A stretch of 64,000 bases of DNA from Eledone cirrhosa. Its lineage: Eukaryota. Positions 1-64,000 of the stretch are shown in pieces. Location: the NCBI GenBank assembly GCA_964016885.1, contig OZ024761.1:21824001-21888000 (forward strand), in the 5' to 3' direction. The position numbers and the translations under genes are program-made. The notes beneath the pieces were generated by a model. That model made no database searches and was not told the DNA's origin. It saw only the letters and a program-made list of their open reading frames with translations. Every line of letters begins with the position of its first letter. Position 1 is the stretch's first letter.

Positions 1-69
1 ACGCTCTACAGTTTACCGTTAATCTACTGCCCTCCAATACGCCCACACATGCTTCTTCTTCTTTCACCC

Positions 70-480
70 ACTTATTCCTGAGATGGTTGTGGGGGGGCCA
101 GAGTCCTCAAACACTCCCTCCAGTGGGTCCTGTCAGTAGCAACTGTCCCCAACTGATATGGCTGGATCCCTAAAGCAGGACCAGCCAAGTTAATGGATGT
201 TATTAAACCATCAAGGTCGGTGGATTGGCAGTATCAGTAGAGGGTCGGACACTAGGCTTTACAACATAGAGTTACGGCCCTTTGCGTTCTGAGTTCAAAT
301 CCCGCCGAGGTTAACTTTGCCTTTCATCCTTACGGGGTCGATAAAATAAAGTACCAGTAATGTACTGGGATAATTGCTGGCCTTGTGCCAAGAGTAGAAC
401 CAGTTATTAAACCATCTTACTCTGGGTCTACCTACCCCTGGGTCTCCTGCCAGTTGGTTTGGCCCTTAAAATCTGTCCCC
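70..480 (-). mobile_element. RTE-clade (Rex3/Expander-like) LINE 3' fragment interrupted by a SINE
   Basis: Colinear with the fragment at 43755-44015; split by SINE at 213-402. Confidence 0.7.
213..402 (+). mobile_element. tRNA-derived SINE family 1, full copy with 14-bp TSD
   Basis: A-box-like TGGCAGTATCAGTAG, B-box GAGTTCAAATCC, central GCCTTTCATCCTTACGGGGTCGATAAAATAAAGTACCAGT; flanked by GTTATTAAACCATC at 199-212 and 403-416. Confidence 0.85.
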
Positions 481-516
481 ATCCACATGCAGAGGATATA
501 AAACCGTGTGACCTAC

Positions 517-60954
<60,438 letters not shown>

Positions 60955-61624
60955 CTGGATAAAAGAAGAAATATAGAAACATGAGGGAGTGAGGAGTAAT
61001 AATTGGTGGTGGCGGTGGGTGGTGGAGGTGGTGGAGGGTTGATGTGGGGGGTGCAGACTTGCCTCCTCACGTGGACGACCTGTTTAACCCATGCAAGCAT
61101 GGAAAAATGGACACTAAACGATGATGATTATATATATATAATCCCGCCAAGGTCAACTTTGCTTCTCATCTTTACGGGGTCGATAAAATAAAGTACCAGT
61201 AATGTACTGGGTAATTGCTGGCCTTGTGCCAAAAGTAGAAACAATTATATATATATATATATATATATATCCTGGGTTCAATCAGAGATAACCACAGTAA
61301 GTAAGGTACTCAATACATAGCAGAGGGAAAGGGCTTCTTTGATGATTTCCTTCAAATGAAACAGCTCTAGTCCTGTAGAAGCCATTTCTATATCATATAT
61401 ACATACATATATATATATATATATCAGCAGAGTCTTAAAGAAATTGTACTGAAGAGGTAATATTAGGAAAGCAATATATTTCCCTGATAATCAACTAACA
61501 TTATAAAGACATCAATATTTGATCAGTGGGGGTCAATGTATATCTTGTTTAGCGACTAAAGTTAGTTGCCAAGTAGGAATAGATTGGTCTCCCTTGAAGT
61601 ACAAACTTAACATCTCAGAAGAGT

Positions 61625-63084
61625 ACACACATACACATAGATACAATAACACATACACACATAGATACAATAACACATACACACAGATACAATAACACAT
61701 ACACACAGATACAATAACACACACACAGATACACTAACACACACACAGATACACTAACACATACACATAGATACAATAACACATACACACAGATACAATA
61801 ACACATACACACAGATACAATAACACATACACACAGATACAATAACACATACACACAGATACAATAACACACACACAGATACACTAACACATACACATAG
61901 ATACAATAACACATACACACACAGATACAATAACACATACGCACAGATACAATAACACATACACACATACAATAACACATACACACACAGATACACTAAC
62001 ACATACACATAGATACAATAACACATACACACAGATACAATAACACATACACACACAGATACAATAACACATACACACAGATACAATAACACATACACAC
62101 ACAGATACACTAACACATACACATAGATACAATAACACATACACACAGATACAATAACACATACACACACAGATACAATAACACATACACACACAGATAC
62201 AATAACACATACACAGATACACTAACACATACACATAGATACAATAACACATACACACACAGATACAATAACACATACACACAGATACAATAACACACAC
62301 ACAGATACACTAACACATACACATAGATACAATAACACATACACACACAGATACAATAACACATACACACAGATACAATAACACATACACACAGATACAA
62401 TAACACACACACAGATACACTAACACATACACATAGATACAATAACACACACACACAGATACACTAACACATACACACAGATACAATAACACATACACAC
62501 ACAGATACAATAACACACACACAGATACACTAACACATACACACAGATACAATAACACATACACACACACATACAATAACACATACACACACAGATACAA
62601 TAACACACACACACACAGATACACTAACACATACACATAGATACAATAACACATACACACACAGATACAATAACACATACACACAGATACAATAACACAT
62701 ACACACAGATACAATAACACATACACACAGATACAATAACACATACACACAGATACAATAACACATACACACACACATACAATAACACATACACACACAG
62801 ATACAATAACACATACACACACAGATACAATAACACATACACACAGATACAATAACACATACACACACAGATACAATAACACATACACACAGATACAATA
62901 ACACATACACACACAGATACAATAACACATACACACAGATACAATAACACATACACACAGATACAATAACACATACACACACAGATACAATAACACATAC
63001 ACACACAGATACAATAACACACACACACACAGATACAATAACACACACACACAGATACAATAACACACACACATATATATATAT

Positions 63085-63115
<31 letters not shown>

Positions 63116-63164
63116 CACACACATATATACATACACATACACACATGCACACACACACACATAT

Positions 63165-63195
<31 letters not shown>

Positions 63196-63240
63196 CACAT
63201 ACACACATCAGAAACACACACATACATAGACACAAAGACA
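61625..63240. repeat. About 20-24-bp CA-rich minisatellite grading into (CA)n/(TA)n
   Basis: Unit ACACAGATACAATAACACATAC. Confidence 0.95.
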
Positions 63241-64000
63241 CACAGATATAGGTGATGCATGAGAGAGCAGTAGTGTGTGTACACACGTGTGTAGATGTAA
63301 GAGAAAGAGGGGTAGTATGTGTGTGTGTGTGTGTGTATAGATGTAAGAGGAAGAGAGGTAGTATGTGTATGGGGGGGGGGGGGGGAATTAAGGTCATAAC
63401 TTAATGATTAACAGAATAAGATATAATTAAAATGTAACAAAATGTAGGTCAAATCTATTATGAAACGAGGTCAAGTTAGATGGAATAAGGACAGGGGTTT
63501 TATAACAATATTATACTATGATCCCGCCGAGGTTAACTTTGCCTTTCATCCTTACGGGGTCGACAAAATACCAGTAATACACTGGGGTAATTGCTGGCCT
63601 TGTGCCAAAAGTAGAAACAATTATATCAAGGCAGAGTCGGTAGAGTTTTCGGACAAAATGTTTTATGGCACAGAGTTACGTCCCTTTACATTCTGAGTTC
63701 AAATCCCGCTGAGGTTAGCTTTGCCTTTCATCCTTACAGGGTTGATAAAATAAAGTACCAGTAATGCACTGAGGTAATTGCTGGCCTTGTGCCAAAAGTA
63801 GAAACAATTATTTTATGTTGTTGTGTATTAAAATTAATATCTGGGGTCAATTTAATCGACTTTCCCTCTCCCCAAAAATTGCTGACCTTGTCCCTATAAT
63901 AGAAACCCTTATTTTTATTTGGAATACAGCATGGCCAAGAGGTTGTCTGCTTTGCAACCGGTTGGTTGTGGGTTCAATCCCGGTGTCTGGAATATTGTCT

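Noticed and set aside
63920-64000. tRNA gene (also the heads at 213, 12640, 47056, 59670)
   Set aside because: A and B boxes are present but no full cloverleaf; these match SINE heads.

Overview
Eukaryotic, repeat-saturated animal DNA. The RTE LINE, tRNA-SINE and (TA)n content suggest a coleoid cephalopod, probably an octopus; this is inference. One gene occupies the window on the minus strand: a BLTP2/KIAA0100/hobbit ortholog (bridge-like lipid transfer protein). I traced 54 coding exons from 60954 down to 517. All junctions are GT-AG with a consistent phase chain, giving about 2120 codons; the start and stop exons were not found and probably lie outside the window. Introns hold RTE and CR1 LINE fragments, at least two SINE families, piggyBac-like and mariner-like MITEs, and many intron-specific minisatellites. 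Two patterns stand out. (1) Minisatellites have amplified the 3' splice site plus the first codons of three exons, creating ladders of near-identical acceptors: one fully in-frame and two ending in premature stops. (2) About a dozen type I hammerhead-ribozyme motifs or half-motifs from several sequence families, Penelope-like in character, sit next to (TA)n tracts, many folded back into long palindromes. Nearly all long ORFs in the supplied track are repeat artefacts.
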